A stretch of 64,000 bases of DNA from Marsupella aquatica (GCA_973895155.1 OZ316898.1:5071079-5135078), one strand, 5' to 3'. Counted from the first letter of the stretch, positions 38,101-51,667 are shown. Notes: generated by a model not told the origin, from the letters alone. Made by a program: numbers and translations.

Positions 38101-38948
38101 AGTTCAGAGTTCCATTAATTTATACAGATGTATAATCGTTCAAATAGTGTGCTATATATGGTCTTTGAATGTGAGCATCGTCGTCTTCGAAAATAATCCT
38201 TGCAAACGTACGTCAAGCTTCCATCACAGTTCAGAGTTGTATTTTTACAGATACATGATAGTTCGAATACTGCTATGGATGGGGTCCACAGATTGAGAGT
38301 CTTATTGACCTATTTTCTTCTATTCAATCGATTTTTATCTTCTAGTGACTAGCTTGGACGTGTGAATTAAGTACCTCTAGCTAGGTACGTACTTCTACGC
38401 TTTCGTTGGACAGTGGATGGAGACTTGGATCTTCGAGAACATGACTTAATTTGGCGACCGTATCTGACCCTTTGCAGGTGCATTGCAGTGCACACAAAAT
38501 TTACAATCACGGACAACTTACATTTAGTAGTCCTTACGTGGCAGGGTAATACATAATTTTGTGGCTGGGAAATATTATGGCCCTCTTCTGGTCTCGAGGA
38601 GTTCTTTAGGACCTGCGAAGCGTCGAAATATTCCAATCTAGAAGTCAATTCACAGTCTCACCACCGAGATTTTTGAATCCCAAGAGAATTAATTAATTTA
38701 TTGAGATATTTCATGTCACAATAGACGTGCTTCTGGGGCAAGAATTAAATGTATGAGACATATATGTATGTATGACAACATAATTATGCAAGCTTCTACA
38801 AACCTCGCGAACCAAAGTCCAATGTGGACAACACTTGGTTGGAATACGCGTATGCTACAAATAGATATACAATTATCTTGTCAAACCCTGGAGTAGAACT
38901 AGATGCTGCAGGTGTTACTGGCTTCTGGAGCCAGGAAAAAATCGGACC

Positions 38949-39344
38949 TCAGACCAGCGTCAAATAATTATAGTTCTTGCAGTTATCAAGAAATCTGTGG
39001 ATTGTTCCGGCGTCGTCGTTGTTGAACGACACAGTTGATAACTTATGGATAGCGGCAACTCCCACTTGGTCCCCTACGATGAGCACCGGGCAGTTCTGAC
39101 CGATTTGGAATCGTATGACGTCCGCGCGTAGATTTTCTCCCAATACATCCATATCGGGCGTAGTATTTCTTTCCACGTAGTAAAAGACAATCAATGCCCT
39201 TGCGGTAGGTAAATACTTCCGGAAGTTCTCTTGAACAATCATCTGCGCATTAATCCCGAAGTCACCAGGCTGGCCGCCATGGAAAAACAGTACCTCGATC
39301 CAAGGCTGCGAAGGTATTTCCCAAACTCTTTCATTGAGCTGCAT
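38949..39344 (-). pseudogene. Second, degenerate alpha/beta-hydrolase domain copy
   Basis: Parallels 40289-41059 (VWE..IEVLFFHG..PTARALIVFY..LGENLRADVI..IGQNCPVLIVG), but GHSLGG is replaced by GDQVGV. Confidence 0.6.
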
Positions 39345-39679
39345 GCAAAATTAGTAGTGAGTAGGTCAGTTTGGATTTACGATTCACGATTGATGATGAT
39401 CCGAATTGCTTGAGATCAACAGTTTTCAAATGATCGCGATGCCAAATAGAGATCATGCCCTATCTTAGATACAAGTATAAAGTGTAGGGAAAATCCTGTG
39501 CTCTACAAATCCCGAAGACTACATTCTTGAGCCCGTTTGGATTTCAAATCGGGCTATTTATACACAACGGAAATGATGCATACAAGGTTCACAGTTTTAG
39601 GTAGACAGTGAAGTTGGCACACAATACACAGGTTCTCCATCGATCACACACTGAAGTTGCAAACGAGAAATATAGTTAC

Positions 39680-41056
39680 CCGATGTATAGCAGGAGCTCT
39701 TGACTCGGAGGCTGAAGTGATGCTACGGTCTCGTACAGGGCTTGGTTTTCTAATATGCGTTTCTTCTTCATCGCTCACCGTATATACACAGGGAGGTTCG
39801 GAGCTTGTGGTCGATACGGAAGGATAATTAAGACGGTTGATGTCCGATTCTTGAGCACCAGCTATTAATCCCTGAGTTCTGACCAACGAATTAGCAATAA
39901 ACCCCGTAAGCTGTCCAATGACCGGATCGTTCATAGACTGCGGTCTACAGACCGTGAAATGGTCAGCTGTTTTCAGAGTAAAACATCTGTCAACGTTTTC
40001 TCCAGCCGATCCCTCTTCAACAACTGTGCCACTAAACGCCTGCATTGAATCACAAAAGGTCCACATATTGCAATCGTAAATCAGTTAAGGCAGCTTTGCT
40101 TCATGATGAATCAGATATAAGCATCGACTCGGTCGGCCGAGAGTTTAATTCATATACAATTGATATATACCTGAGTGAAGCCTGCGTTAATCCCTTCTCG
40201 AGTCCATTCCTCTTCAAGTACTGCGTTGCTAAACTCCTGCAGTAAATAACAAGAGGCTCAGTATTAATGACTCGTTCGTCAAAGGTGCTTAATTATTGAA
40301 AGACAGTTCTCGATCATTCGGAGATCGACAGCAAAAGGGATGGCCAGAGACATAGCAAAGTTCTGTTGGTCTAACCCCATGAGGTGCACGATAGTATGTC
40401 TTATCACCCTCCAGCACCGCAAAACCATGTGCATTTCGAGGAGCCCGTTGTTTTCGAAACTGTTTCTTGATGCTTCCGCTCTCTCTATCGATTGTTTTGA
40501 GAAGTTTTAGAATTGGACTTCTGCTTTGAATTTGACTCGCAAGTTCTCCGATCCTCGAATCACCATGCGGTGTGGCATAATAGAACATTCCTCTGATGTT
40601 TTCGAGAAATGCGTTGAATCTTTCAAATTTGGCACTATCATGAGCATACTTCGCTTGAGTTTGAAAAGCCGTGAGTATAAATTGCTTCATAACAATCCCT
40701 CCTAGACTGTGACCGACGAGGAACACCGGACAATCCTGACCAATATTGTAACTATTGTCCACTATAATATCACGGACCAAGCATTCCCCCAAGGCATTTA
40801 CAACATCATGATCAGATTGACCAACAGTTTGCAGTGCAAAAGAATTGTAAGCAACAGACATTATCCTTGCATTGGGAAATGTCTTACTGAGCCACACTTT
40901 GGGCCAAACCATCTTTTCATTGTCCCTAACCAGCCAAGTCTTCCAAAACGCATCTTCAAAGTGGTCCAGCTGGAGTCCATGGAAAAAGATTATTTCCATC
41001 TCGGGCTTCCCAGTTGGAGAATAGAATTCCCAAACTGTTTGGAAGTCATTAAGCTG
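39680..41056 (-). CDS. Alpha/beta-hydrolase (SERAC1/PGAP1-like) domain exons, resembling the N-terminal domain of liverwort hydrolase-NLRs; full gene model unresolved
   Basis: IIFFHGLQ, WPKVWLSKTFPNARIMSVAY, nucleophile elbow GHSLGG and FYYATPHGDS, with the His motif ADHFTVCRP in the downstream exon. The listed ORFs begin at splice acceptors (ttgcag). Confidence 0.75.
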
Positions 41057-43891
41057 CAATGAACCGGTGTTAATTACTTTTCAGTGAAAATGACTATTAT
41101 GCGAGGGAAAGTGCCTCCAAACCTGAATGTGTGATAGTCTCTAGATCAGAAATCGATTTGGATATATATGCCAAGCTTAATTAACATGTGGAAATGGAAA
41201 CGACAGAATCATATCCAACAATAAAACATAAGTGCTTTCTGATCTAACAATGTCAAAACACCTCACAAGCCTTGTAGGGTTCGTTAGTTGAGCAGATATC
41301 CCAAGCCAGGGCCAGGGCCAGACCAGTTACAGCACCCCTTAGTGAGGTTGAGAAGTAATAGTACGTATATTAATATTGGTTATCCTGATCAGAAGGTGAG
41401 GTTAACCATGACTAACCTGAGTTATACCACCTGGTAAGGCACGAGGGGAAGAGGGCTTCTTCATGGAACGGCCTGAAAGGAATACAGTTTCGTTCATCAA
41501 TCCCGCCATCAATGTTGTCCAGGGCTTCTTCCAATGCCCTGAAAGTAATTCAAATTCATCAATGTTGTCAAGAGATCGAGACTAGAGAATATATAAATTC
41601 AGAGATAAACTACCATGATCTAGACCCACTTGTTGTTATGATATTACAATGCCGAGAAGTGAAATACGTACTCCAGTGTTCAATCTCTAACTTCAACAGT
41701 AGCTAACACAGACCGAGACATAGACTTCATTATTCATTTTCCTCTTACCAGATACATTGTAACTCTAACTTCTGTGTCTTGGAAACCAAGTTTATAAACA
41801 TAACAGAGGTAGCATACAGATGAGGAGGTCCGAGGCAAAGAAAGCAATTATTCAAGGTAGGTCCGACCGCAGATACTGTGACGCTTCACTATCGGGTACC
41901 TATATATGGATGCATGCATTTGCTGATTAAGAGCTAGAGAGGACTGGTGTATATTAACGTACTTGATTACTGGGGTTGCCTGCAGGACAAAGATTTATAT
42001 GTATCATCTCATAATTAATTGTTTGGAGAGACACAGACATGCCTCATGTTATTCAGTCACTGAGCTCACCTGGGTAGAAAATGGAATCCCTGGTCCTCAT
42101 GAGCCGTGTGACTGCTAGTACAAAGAGTGCTCCTACACAGCACCACAATATATGCAAACTCAATATAATTAAGAGACTGTGTGTCGATCTCGGCATGATC
42201 GTCACGAGACAGCTAGGAAGCACAGAAAAGCAGCAACGTAGATATATATAGCAACTAAAGCGTCAAACTGGTAACTCAACATCAACTATAGAAGACCTGT
42301 GCATGGCGTGCACATCTTAAACACATACATGATTATCTACAATCCTACAAGGGCGGAACCAATTCAAATCAGGATCTCATACAAAAACAAGGAATGAGAA
42401 ATCTTGTGAATGAGGGAAGTACCTAGTATTGAGCAAAATCCTCGGAAAAAGCGCCATAATGTTTGTGATGAGCTCCATGCTTTTGAAAAAAAGGATTGAG
42501 TGTTGGATTGAATCATGGCCAGGTTGTCGAATATTGAACCCCAGCTAACATGGAGAAAACTTACTAATGACAAGATTCCCATCATCATCATAACTTGTGC
42601 ATCAGGAGTCAAGCCGTCCACAACTACAAAATACAACACAATTCATTCAAGTTTTACTGAAGAGCTGTTGAAGTTAAGTTCTCTAGTCAACATTCTTCAA
42701 GTACCCATAATTGCTTCCTATTATGTATTTATAGAGAATAATGCTATATATTGGAGAATAATGTTTTAAACATGCATCATGCAAATGTGACGTGCAATAA
42801 ATCAAGAAAGGCACCACCACATGTGGCGCCATTTCCGTGGATCCAAATCAACATTCCCCGTAAATGAAAAATAGTATGTCATGCCCTTACCTGAAATCCG
42901 GTATGGCTTCTTCACGTTATAGGGTTCGCTATGTACAGTACAAGTCACCCCTTTCTCCAAGTCAATGGACTTCGATGCAAGAACATATATTTTGTTTTGA
43001 AACCATGGGGCTGACTTCTGAATCAAAGCAGGTTCTTTGCATACGACCTCATCTAACCCCCGTTCAATCTAGGTACCCACAACAATCAACCTCTCATCAC
43101 ATGTTACCAAAAAAGGACTATTGTAACATGTATGAAAGAAAATTAATCTAGCTGATTAAGCTAGCAACTAATTGCAAAAGAGCTCTTGCCTCTATATGTC
43201 GTTTAATTGTTGGATCATGGACAAGATTACTTGATGTCTAGTATCTAGTTCAACTGATAGTTTAGTATCAATTTGAATTCAAGAAATAACTAACTTAGAC
43301 CATTTGGTCTAAGATTTAGTGGCCAGGACTAAATCAATCTAAACCCAAGTACCTTGCGTCGTTCCAGGACTTTGAACAGTTCACTTTCATTACTTGAGGC
43401 AGCTTTCAATATTGCCCCCTCCAGATTGAAACCTCTTATGGTCCAAGTTGTAAACTCATCTGGATATGGATTTTCACACGAGGACTTAGATAAGAACAAG
43501 ATCACATACAGACTCCATTTATTTAAGGATAACGCACCAGAATTGTGCAAAAGTGTCCCTCACCGTTCAGCAGACTCCATAGTCTCCAAGATCGATGAAT
43601 ATGTACAACTGTAGGTGCGCAGTTTTGTTGGAGATTCCACGTCTTTGGGCCGGAGGCTGTTTGATCCATAAATCATGCTCAATTGTAAATATGACTCCGA
43701 AATTTGGATGAATCAGATCAATAAGACTTGGAAAGCAATATTGTGGTACATAGTAACACTGTGATCTCTGTGTTAAAGCCAACAACAATGATCCAGAGAC
43801 TAAAATGCATCGATAATGAGAAGCACTTATGGAGTACAGTTCAGTCACACTGTACATGTCACCAAGCGGTAGTGCAACCTCGAGTGCAACA

Positions 43892-44728
43892 TCATTTTAA
43901 GCATCTAAGCAATTGACTCTGGATCAGGAGAAAAGTTGAACATTCACCTGTGTATTTCAATACTACCGCAGAACCCCATTGTAGAGTAAAATCCTTGTCA
44001 AACTTTCGTGCTATTGTTATACAATCAGAAATTTGTCTTGCAAGAGTACTGTCCGGTTGGACTCCTTTAGAATGGATTTCAAACCTCATATGCACCACTT
44101 GGGAACCAGTCGTAAAACTCGGACTACCCGGCCAATTCTCATTTTCCACCCTCTCGTTGGTATCCATTGTCACACTAGCCGGTACCCATCCCGTGCTTCC
44201 AGATGCCATTGAAGGTAAACGAGTTGAAGATTCCACATCGCTTTCCGCGCTTCGCCATGATTCAGTAGATGACAGTCGTCGAGATATTACATCAGGCCTT
44301 TGATATAGTACAGTATTGACATGAGAAGCCTCACGTTCTTGTACATTCACCATAACATCGCGTTCTCCTGGCCAAAATCTCCGTGGACCCATCGTCGGAA
44401 TGCCCGTCGAAAAGTGTTCTACTACTTGCGGGAATATTTGTTTCGATGTTGCTGTCGCTAGATCGTGTATCTGTATAGACTCTAGTCTCACCGAAAGTGG
44501 GAGCTGAGGGTCCTTGCAATATGTTTTATCTAGATGTTTGAAGACCTTAAGAACTCCACCAACTACGAGTAAGATCACGAGAATAGGAAGGAAACCCTTG
44601 TACCACGCTACTTCTTTGGCTAGAAGGACCAACAACGCACCTAGAAAAAGCCAAAATAAGGATCCAAGTCTGACGGACAAATATTTACGAATCGCTCTCA
44701 AATGCCTTCTTAATACAATACCGTCCAT
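43892..44728 (-). CDS. Unknown protein with two predicted N-terminal transmembrane segments; probably the first exon of a spliced or decaying gene
   Basis: 278-aa ORF with an ATG start, hydrophobic stretches LGSLFWLFLGALLVLLA and FLPILVILLVVGGVL, and a donor-like ag|gtgaat near 43948. Confidence 0.45.
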   Translation of the reverse strand: MDGIVLRRHLRAIRKYLSVRLGSLFWLFLGALLVLLAKEVAWYKGFLPILVILLVVGGVLKVFKHLDKTYCKDPQLPLSVRLESIQIHDLATATSKQIFPQVVEHFSTGIPTMGPRRFWPGERDVMVNVQEREASHVNTVLYQRPDVISRRLSSTESWRSAESDVESSTRLPSMASGSTGWVPASVTMDTNERVENENWPGSPSFTTGSQVVHMRFEIHSKGVQPDSTLARQISDCITIARKFDKDFTLQWGSAVVLKYTGECSTFLLIQSQLLRCLK

Positions 44729-46127
44729 ATTGTAATAATGATGAATTCAGCTGCTGAAAACATTGTGCTCACAGTTTTGATGACTTTATATAATTTGAAT
44801 CTGAATTCAGCCTAAGTAACCACACTGATTAGATACTGGACTGTATCATTGCAGTATTGTTTTAATTTAATGACTTGTGATTGAGAGGACTTTCTTGCAG
44901 ATAGCCTCGCCACATCGATCCGTCACCAAACTGTGGGCAATCCTGCAAGATCAGAAATTATGCCACGAGTTGATAAAGTACGTTTAGGTTCATAGATTGC
45001 TGTGAAAGATAAGCGAATTAATTCAAATAAGGTTGTACATCTGGACTTGGCTTAAGATTATCATCAATATGTGCTCAGCACTGTCACGTACAGGACCACG
45101 AAGACACATGTCATCTACTCACTGTCAAAACAAAACCGCCAAGCTGGTACCTGGCCGGCCTGTAGATACAGGATTGAGCGATGATCTCTCACAATCGTTG
45201 GAGATTTCGGCGATCCAGATTTTGAAGTGATTAAGCGCCTCCGCTTGTCCCACCAATCTGTAGTAGCTGCTGTCCTCCTAAATAAATGTGAAGGTTTGGC
45301 AGCGATCACAGGGACGACACTTCCCTTAGTAAAGTTTAAACCCAACATTTGGAGGGCCATTTCAATCTGCTGTCTGAGGTCTATACCCACGATTTACAAT
45401 TTTTCACAAGCAGGAATCGAAATCCTTAATTCACACGTCTCTAGCTTTATTGGACTGAGTTCGCTGCAGGCTTGGAAGCAATCTACGGCCCTGGCATCGT
45501 TAATTTTCTATAAATCGGGACATCAGCCATGCATCCAACTGCCTCCAGGGAATTTTTGGCCATGGATCGACGCCATTAATTTGATCGTTTGCAGCGTACC
45601 GACTGGAGATCGCGTGCCATCGATGGGTCGGTCAAACCGAGTGTCACGATAGACTGCGAGAACAAATCTATTCACCGACGTCCAAGAACATATATTTGCC
45701 ATCATATTGTTATGTCATATATGCTATGAAAGAAAAACAGACAACAGGGCTTCGGAAGTCTGCAGTTTCGTCCGTCCGTACAGAGAACTGGATTGAATGT
45801 GCGGAAGTGGGAAGAGTTTGGTACCAGAGAACGTATCTCCCGCCGGCGTGTCCAATTTATGATGTCATGGTATTTGAAGTCTTCAGGTATAATCTTCTGG
45901 TAATCTCACAAAGAAAGATTGTCGACACCTTCCCTAACACAAGCAGCTGCTGTAGACCTTCGCCTAGCACTAGCAGCTGCTGTAGACCTTCGCCTAGCAC
46001 TGGGATATATGAGTACGGCCGGTGGAGGATATGGATTGAATGTACTTTGCATATACAAGTCACCTTTGCTACTCGTACCTTGTTAGACCGTCCAGGTTCG
46101 GATGTGCTGGTTGGTTGATGCTGTGTG

Positions 46128-46210
46128 TTACCAAAGTAGGCGCTCTTAAATAACTAGTCCCGACTACCACCAAAGTAGGCGCTCTTAAATAACTAAGCCC
46201 AACTACCCGT
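46128..46210. repeat. 38-bp direct duplication
   Basis: accaaagtaggcgctcttaaataacta(g/a)..cc(g/a)actacc occurs twice. Confidence 0.8.
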
Positions 46211-46384
46211 TCTTTGAAAGTGAATAGGGGAGAGAACAATAAAAGAATTATCAAAATATTTTTTTTATATTCATATTTTTTTAAAATTAATTTCTATAAT
46301 ACAAGGTTGCGTCCTTTTCTACCGTGTTTGTCATTCAAATATACAGTGTCCAAAAAAAAATTCCAGCAAAAGAGGAAGGAATAA

Positions 46385-46583
46385 ATCAAAGATAAAAAAG
46401 TTTAGTTTGAATCAAAGAAGAAGAAAAACTTTTCAAAAATGAAACATTAAAAAGAGGAGAAAAAAGTTTAGTTTGAATGAAAGAAGGAGAAACACTTTTC
46501 AAAAAGGAGACACTCAAAAGAGGATAAAAAAGTTTAGTTTGAATGAAAGAAGAAGAAACACTTTTCAAAAAGGAAACACTCAA
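46385..46583. repeat. ~66-bp A-rich tandem repeat, three copies
   Basis: aaaaagtttagtttgaat(c/g)aaagaag(a/g)agaaa(a/c)acttttcaaaaa.gaaacac occurs three times. Confidence 0.85.
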
Positions 46584-47099
46584 ATTAGTCCATGGACCCC
46601 TTGTTGATCCAAACAATGTGTGTAAATTTGTTTTTTCTTTGAACAAAGATATGAATTTTTTCAGCCAAAAGGACTGGGATACTAGAAACCCTGCCAATTG
46701 CCAGAGTGAAACTGCTAGCCGTGACTCTATAGGCATGCAGTTACAATTATAGAGATACTAGTGAGATAAAGCTAATATTATTAGAAGCTACTATCTCGCT
46801 GGGTGGTGGACTGCCAAAAATTGTACAACATTGTGCTATCAAAATAGGTTTTGTTTTGTGACATTAGCTAAATTTTTGAAAAGCTAAGAATGTCAAAATG
46901 TTTCCATCATGTTCACTAGACACACACACCTCAGACACGAGTAAACCTGTTTGTCCAGAGCTTTTTAAATTTCATGTTGCTCTCCTTTGATTTGATAACT
47001 GAACATTGTAGTTTGGTGCATAGCTTTTTGAAAAGGGGAAATAAGTCTCAAATTGCAGTACATAGAAGATGCATTACAATAAGAGGCAAGTAGAAAACA

Positions 47100-47950
47100 G
47101 CCCAGTAAGAAACAACAAGCGATCCTCTAGACAAGTGCACCCGGGCCTGGTGCGATTGCAGCTGTCCGACTCAAAAAGTTAATGCTCTTTTGGACTCCTG
47201 TGATTACCTTGGTGGCCAAAGAATTCTATCAAAGTCTCCAAACTAATTCTGCAAAACTTCCGCAATTAAGAATTGTATGCTCGATAGCGCTTCTTATCCA
47301 TCATTTGGTCCACAACAAAGGAGCATTATAATTGCAGACTAAGACCGAGCCTACGCACTATTACTTGTGCAGGCCCAGCTTATGTGAGTACCACCATCCA
47401 AATTGAAAAACATCCCATGTCTTCATCTCAGAAAAGTTTCCATCTTTGACCCTTCGATCTGAACAGGATAAGCAAGAAGTGACGGGCATGACAAAGAATC
47501 AGGCAGCTCCGTGACACGTAGCCACAATTTCTTATGACATCTCCCGCTCCAACCGCTTGTCACAAAATGAGACAACGAGCTGAATGATGAGGCCACCAAT
47601 GTTTTGAATGCACATCTTGTCTTTAGGAAATCCTTCATGACAAGCCCTCATTGATCCTCCTGTGGACTTACAAGAGAAATCTCGTATCCATCACAAATCC
47701 ATCTGTTTGCTTGGTATGGATGCCAAAATTTGTTGGCTACAACATATCCTACTATACAACCAAACAAAATCTATAAGACAAAGAAGCAATTTTGCAGAGC
47801 TCGTTCAATTCTCCATATCTCTTGGATGGCTGATTATCAGTTGAAAGTTTAGAGACAATGGTCATGTTCTCAAAGGCTCCTCATTGCATTTGGAGTGTCA
47901 CTGAGATGACTACTCACTGATCCCAACCTGAAGGCCATTATTGAACCACG
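47100..47950 (-). pseudogene. Possible degenerate LINE ORF2 C-terminal (zf-RVT-like) fragment
   Basis: Minus-strand AIEHTILNCGSFAELVWR resembles E..H.F..C....W. The rest is heavily decayed. Confidence 0.3.
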
Positions 47951-48800
47951 TGATGCTAAGGGAGGAGGGTCCTTAGCTTCTTTGGTTTCGGCGGTTTTGT
48001 TTGGGCGGTTACAGGAATACGGTTACTTTTAATGTTGAACACTATTTATTTTTATAAAAAGAAATTTATAAATGTAAGTAGAGCGATTATGGGTGAATGT
48101 TTTTAATCTTGTCCTTTGTATCAATAGGTTTGGATGAATTACTTTTAAGTATTCTTACATTATGTTTTGATGGCACGGCATCCATAAAATTACACAAAAA
48201 TTGACGTAAACAAGATGGAGAGGAGGTTATTCGATGCGCAAACATGACACATCTTGTTTCATGCGAATGTTGCTGATGTGGCGCTCTGTGGAGTCTCAAA
48301 TTTTAGAAGGGATCTCTTACTAGTGGGGTCTGTAAAGAGACAAAGAAAAAGGGAAATGATTATTAAATAAACTGATGCAAACCCCAATTTAAGGAAAACC
48401 GAACTTTGGAAATTCCGAAAATCACTAAATATTATTATTTTAATAAAAAGGGGGCGACATGACGCGTGGCTGCGTGTGAAACCCTGAAAATGACTGCAAC
48501 GTCACATTTTAACCAATCCAACTTGACGGGACCAAGAGACATGCTCACACGAATAATAATAATAGAGAAATAAATCTTTGAGATCCTTTATATATGATAA
48601 CCAGTATATAAGGAGTTTACAAATGGTTTCTAGAACGACAATACAAATTAATCTGATCTCATGCCGACTATTATTTTGGAAGCATCCAAAATTGGGCGTC
48701 TGTTAAATTGCTCTACTATATATCTATCTCCATGCCTCTGAATCACAGGGTCTTCCCATAGAGTATGATTATAATCATAATCTCTAAAAATAGATTTAAC

Positions 48801-49292
48801 TTACCAATCAGGATAATCTCTTCCATTGGCAATGACAAGCGGCTCACAAGAGTTTGCTAGCTTGCTAAGATACAGAATCAGCAAGTTAATTAGGAAACTG
48901 TCGTCAACCGACCCAAAATATTTGGGCGGAAATAATGATCCAACAACAGGATCTAAACAAGCATGAAATGCATCGGATTCGATAAGCATTATATTTTGCT
49001 GTAGATACGCCTTCGTATAAATTCCAACCTTCTCAAAACACTTCAAAAATATCCGCTTATTTGATGTCACCCCATCGCATAAGTAACAATGAGACTGATC
49101 CCAAATATACTTAAATGAGGCCATTTCCATCGCAATAAAAATAGATGCTAAAATCTGATCTAAAAGGTTCTTCCCAAGAGAGGACCAGATCCCTACATCG
49201 AAATTCTCAAAACAGAATCTCAAGAATTCGTGAAGATGAGGCCTTGGAAAAATGTATATATTCTCAATCCGAATTCCATTTGAGACCGCCAT
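48801..49292 (-). pseudogene. FCP1/NIF-like HAD phosphatase domain, N-terminal catalytic motif not recognisable
   Basis: IFPRPHLHEFLRFCFENFDVGIWSS, IWDQSHC, IFLK and NIMLIES. No DxDxT motif in the upstream sequence. Confidence 0.75.
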
Positions 49293-49939
49293 CAGTCGGG
49301 AATGCGGTGCAGTGTAATAGAGTAGATAACACGATTTCGGACCGAACGAGAACTATTTCCTCTAAACGAGAAGTGTGTTTTCATTTTCCGCCGAATCTCA
49401 TGCAATCGGCAGTTTTTTTCATCAAAAACACGTTTTTGGGGAAATAATGTAATTCGTATCGGAGTTCGGATTGAAACAGCAAATTTAATAATGATCAAAA
49501 CCAATGAAATTCATGCTAACAAACATTCATATTATCAAGGAACAATTAGATCCGAAAAACTTTCTCCTCAACCTCATATTCACGCTCTCCGAAGATATAT
49601 GAAAGGTCTTATCTATAAATCCATATCCACGTTTTGAGCCAAGTGCGATAACTGTATCGGACTCCGGATTTGAGCCACGAAAGCTCCGACCCAATCTCAG
49701 TTTTCTCAATTTTTGGATATTTACCAAAAATATTTTACATCACAGTCGATAAGAATTACTGCACGGTTCGTCAAACTTACCTTGCAGTTACCTTCGCAAT
49801 TGACCAGTTACCTCCGCAAGTGACCATAGTCAACATGCCATTCTTTCAACAGCAATGCGCAGTCCGATAAAATTATTGCGAAAACTACGGGCGACAAAAA
49901 TACTAGTCGACAATACTAAGATCCTTCGGTTCATCGGTT

Positions 49940-50284
49940 AAATTTCAAAATTCCTATCCATATGAAGAAAACTCTTCGCAATACCAACATCAGATAAATT
50001 TATCGCTTCAATTTCAAAATTGCAACTTCCATATGAAGGAACCACTTTTGCAATACCAACATCAGATAAATTTATCGCTTCAATTTCAAATTGCAACTTC
50101 CATATGAAGGAACCACTTTTGCAATACCAACATCAGATAAATTTATCGCTTCAATTTCAAATTGCAACTTCCATATGAAGGAACCCCTTTTGCAATACCA
50201 ACATCAGATAAATTTATCGCTTCAATTTCAAATTGCAACTTCCATATGAAGGAACCACTTTTGCAATACCAACATCAGATAAAT
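49940..50284. repeat. 71-bp minisatellite, about 4.7 copies
   Basis: caataccaacatcagataaatttatcgcttcaatttcaaattgcaacttccatatgaaggaaccacttttg starts at 49979, 50051, 50122 and 50193, with a partial copy at ~50263. Confidence 0.95.
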
Positions 50285-50448
50285 ACACTCTGAACCACAC
50301 AACCCGAAGTCAGGGGAGGCAGAGTCAATTACATTCAAAATGTTTCTTTACAAGCTCTTCTCGAGCAAACCTTAGAGCACCCAAAATCGACTAGAGGAAT
50401 GAGGAGTGCGATAAATTTATCGGATGTTCGCAGCAATGCCTCATCCAC

Positions 50449-50997
50449 TCAGACTCGTCCATGCCATGCAAGAATTGTCCGCTTCCCGCTTTCTCCAAGA
50501 TTTATCCAAACTCTACGAAACTGATCTAACTGCTCATACGAAAAGCACCCAAGCATATCTATGGGAGGGAGGAAATGAGTTTCCTCTTGGAAGACCCTAG
50601 CAATATGTATGTTTGAGAGAAGGTCGGCATTAGGAATGCTTGCGAGCATTTTGTTTATGTCATTGATCTCACGGAGTGCATATTTCAATAGCGCACAAAA
50701 TCGTGTACCAACAACAAGATGGTTCCATTTCTTTGAGGTGGCTCCAAGACAAATGATTGTTCTCATTCGAGTCAGTCGTTCTTCTGGTAGAAGTTTTAGG
50801 TCAAGGCCAAGGTGTTCATCTTGTGTGCAAGACAAGGCTAGGAGGGGCCAAATGTGAGATTCAACGAGTTGATCGGGAAGTCCATTCAACAAACTTCCGC
50901 ATTCCACACCGGGCACTTTTCCTCGAATATATTTCCTACGCTCGTGGGCTAAAACGGATCCCATCTTTGCAATGATTAGATTCTCCGATGCAGCCAT
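50449..50997 (-). CDS. Intronless F-box-like protein
   Basis: LLNGLPDQLVESHIWPLL ... LGATSKKWNHLV matches the two halves of an F-box, separated by an insertion. Confidence 0.55.
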   Translation of the reverse strand: MAASENLIIAKMGSVLAHERRKYIRGKVPGVECGSLLNGLPDQLVESHIWPLLALSCTQDEHLGLDLKLLPEERLTRMRTIICLGATSKKWNHLVVGTRFCALLKYALREINDINKMLASIPNADLLSNIHIARVFQEETHFLPPIDMLGCFSYEQLDQFRRVWINLGESGKRTILAWHGRV

Positions 50998-51667
50998 GAA
51001 GCAGAGCTACCAAAACCACCAATAAAAATACCTTCAATCACCAGGTGTAACCGAACACATCCACAGTACCAACCCTGCACGACAGTTTAACGATTAGGAC
51101 TCGTGACATATTATATTCGTTGCGCAAGGGTAGGACTTGTTTATTTAAATATGTCCTTACAAGACGCGCCTCAATGAAAAGGTCAAAACACTCATCGTGA
51201 AAGGTTCACCCAAGGGTCTTCGTTCCAAATCTTACAACAGAAGTGAGCCTGTTTGTGGTACTTGTTGTCAAGACGACGACAACAATAGTTACAAGAAAAC
51301 TCCAAAGAATGTAAACACGCCGTTAACATCAACCTCGAACGAATTGGAACTCCTGCATCATTCATTCCGCAGAATTCAATGTGGAGAGGATTCTGCCTAT
51401 CTCCAGGATCAGTACCACCAATCCACAATGCTCCTAATCCATCAGCATATTCTATCTTGTGTAAGGCTGATACTTCAACCCTTTGCCGATGGATTAGGCG
51501 CCATCTGTACCTGTGATTTTTGTGCCGCAGGGTTTGGAGAACGTACTAGAACGGTCTGTTTGTTTCCCGCCTTCGGACGATCACCGGACTTCCGGACTGG
51601 TGCCTTCGATACTTGATCGGGGGTTTTAGGATAGGCTTCTGTAAAACATTAAGAAATGAAAATAAGT

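Noticed and set aside
46341-46362. tacagtgtccaaaaaaaaa as a Tc1-like TIR
   Set aside because: No partner inverted repeat was identified in the window.
48310-48326. ttactagtg as a CACTA or Helitron terminus
   Set aside because: No matching TIR or convincing subterminal hairpin was found.
49940-50284. Regular repeat resembling a CRISPR array
   Set aside because: The units are contiguous and near-identical with no unique spacers, and the context is eukaryotic. It is a minisatellite.
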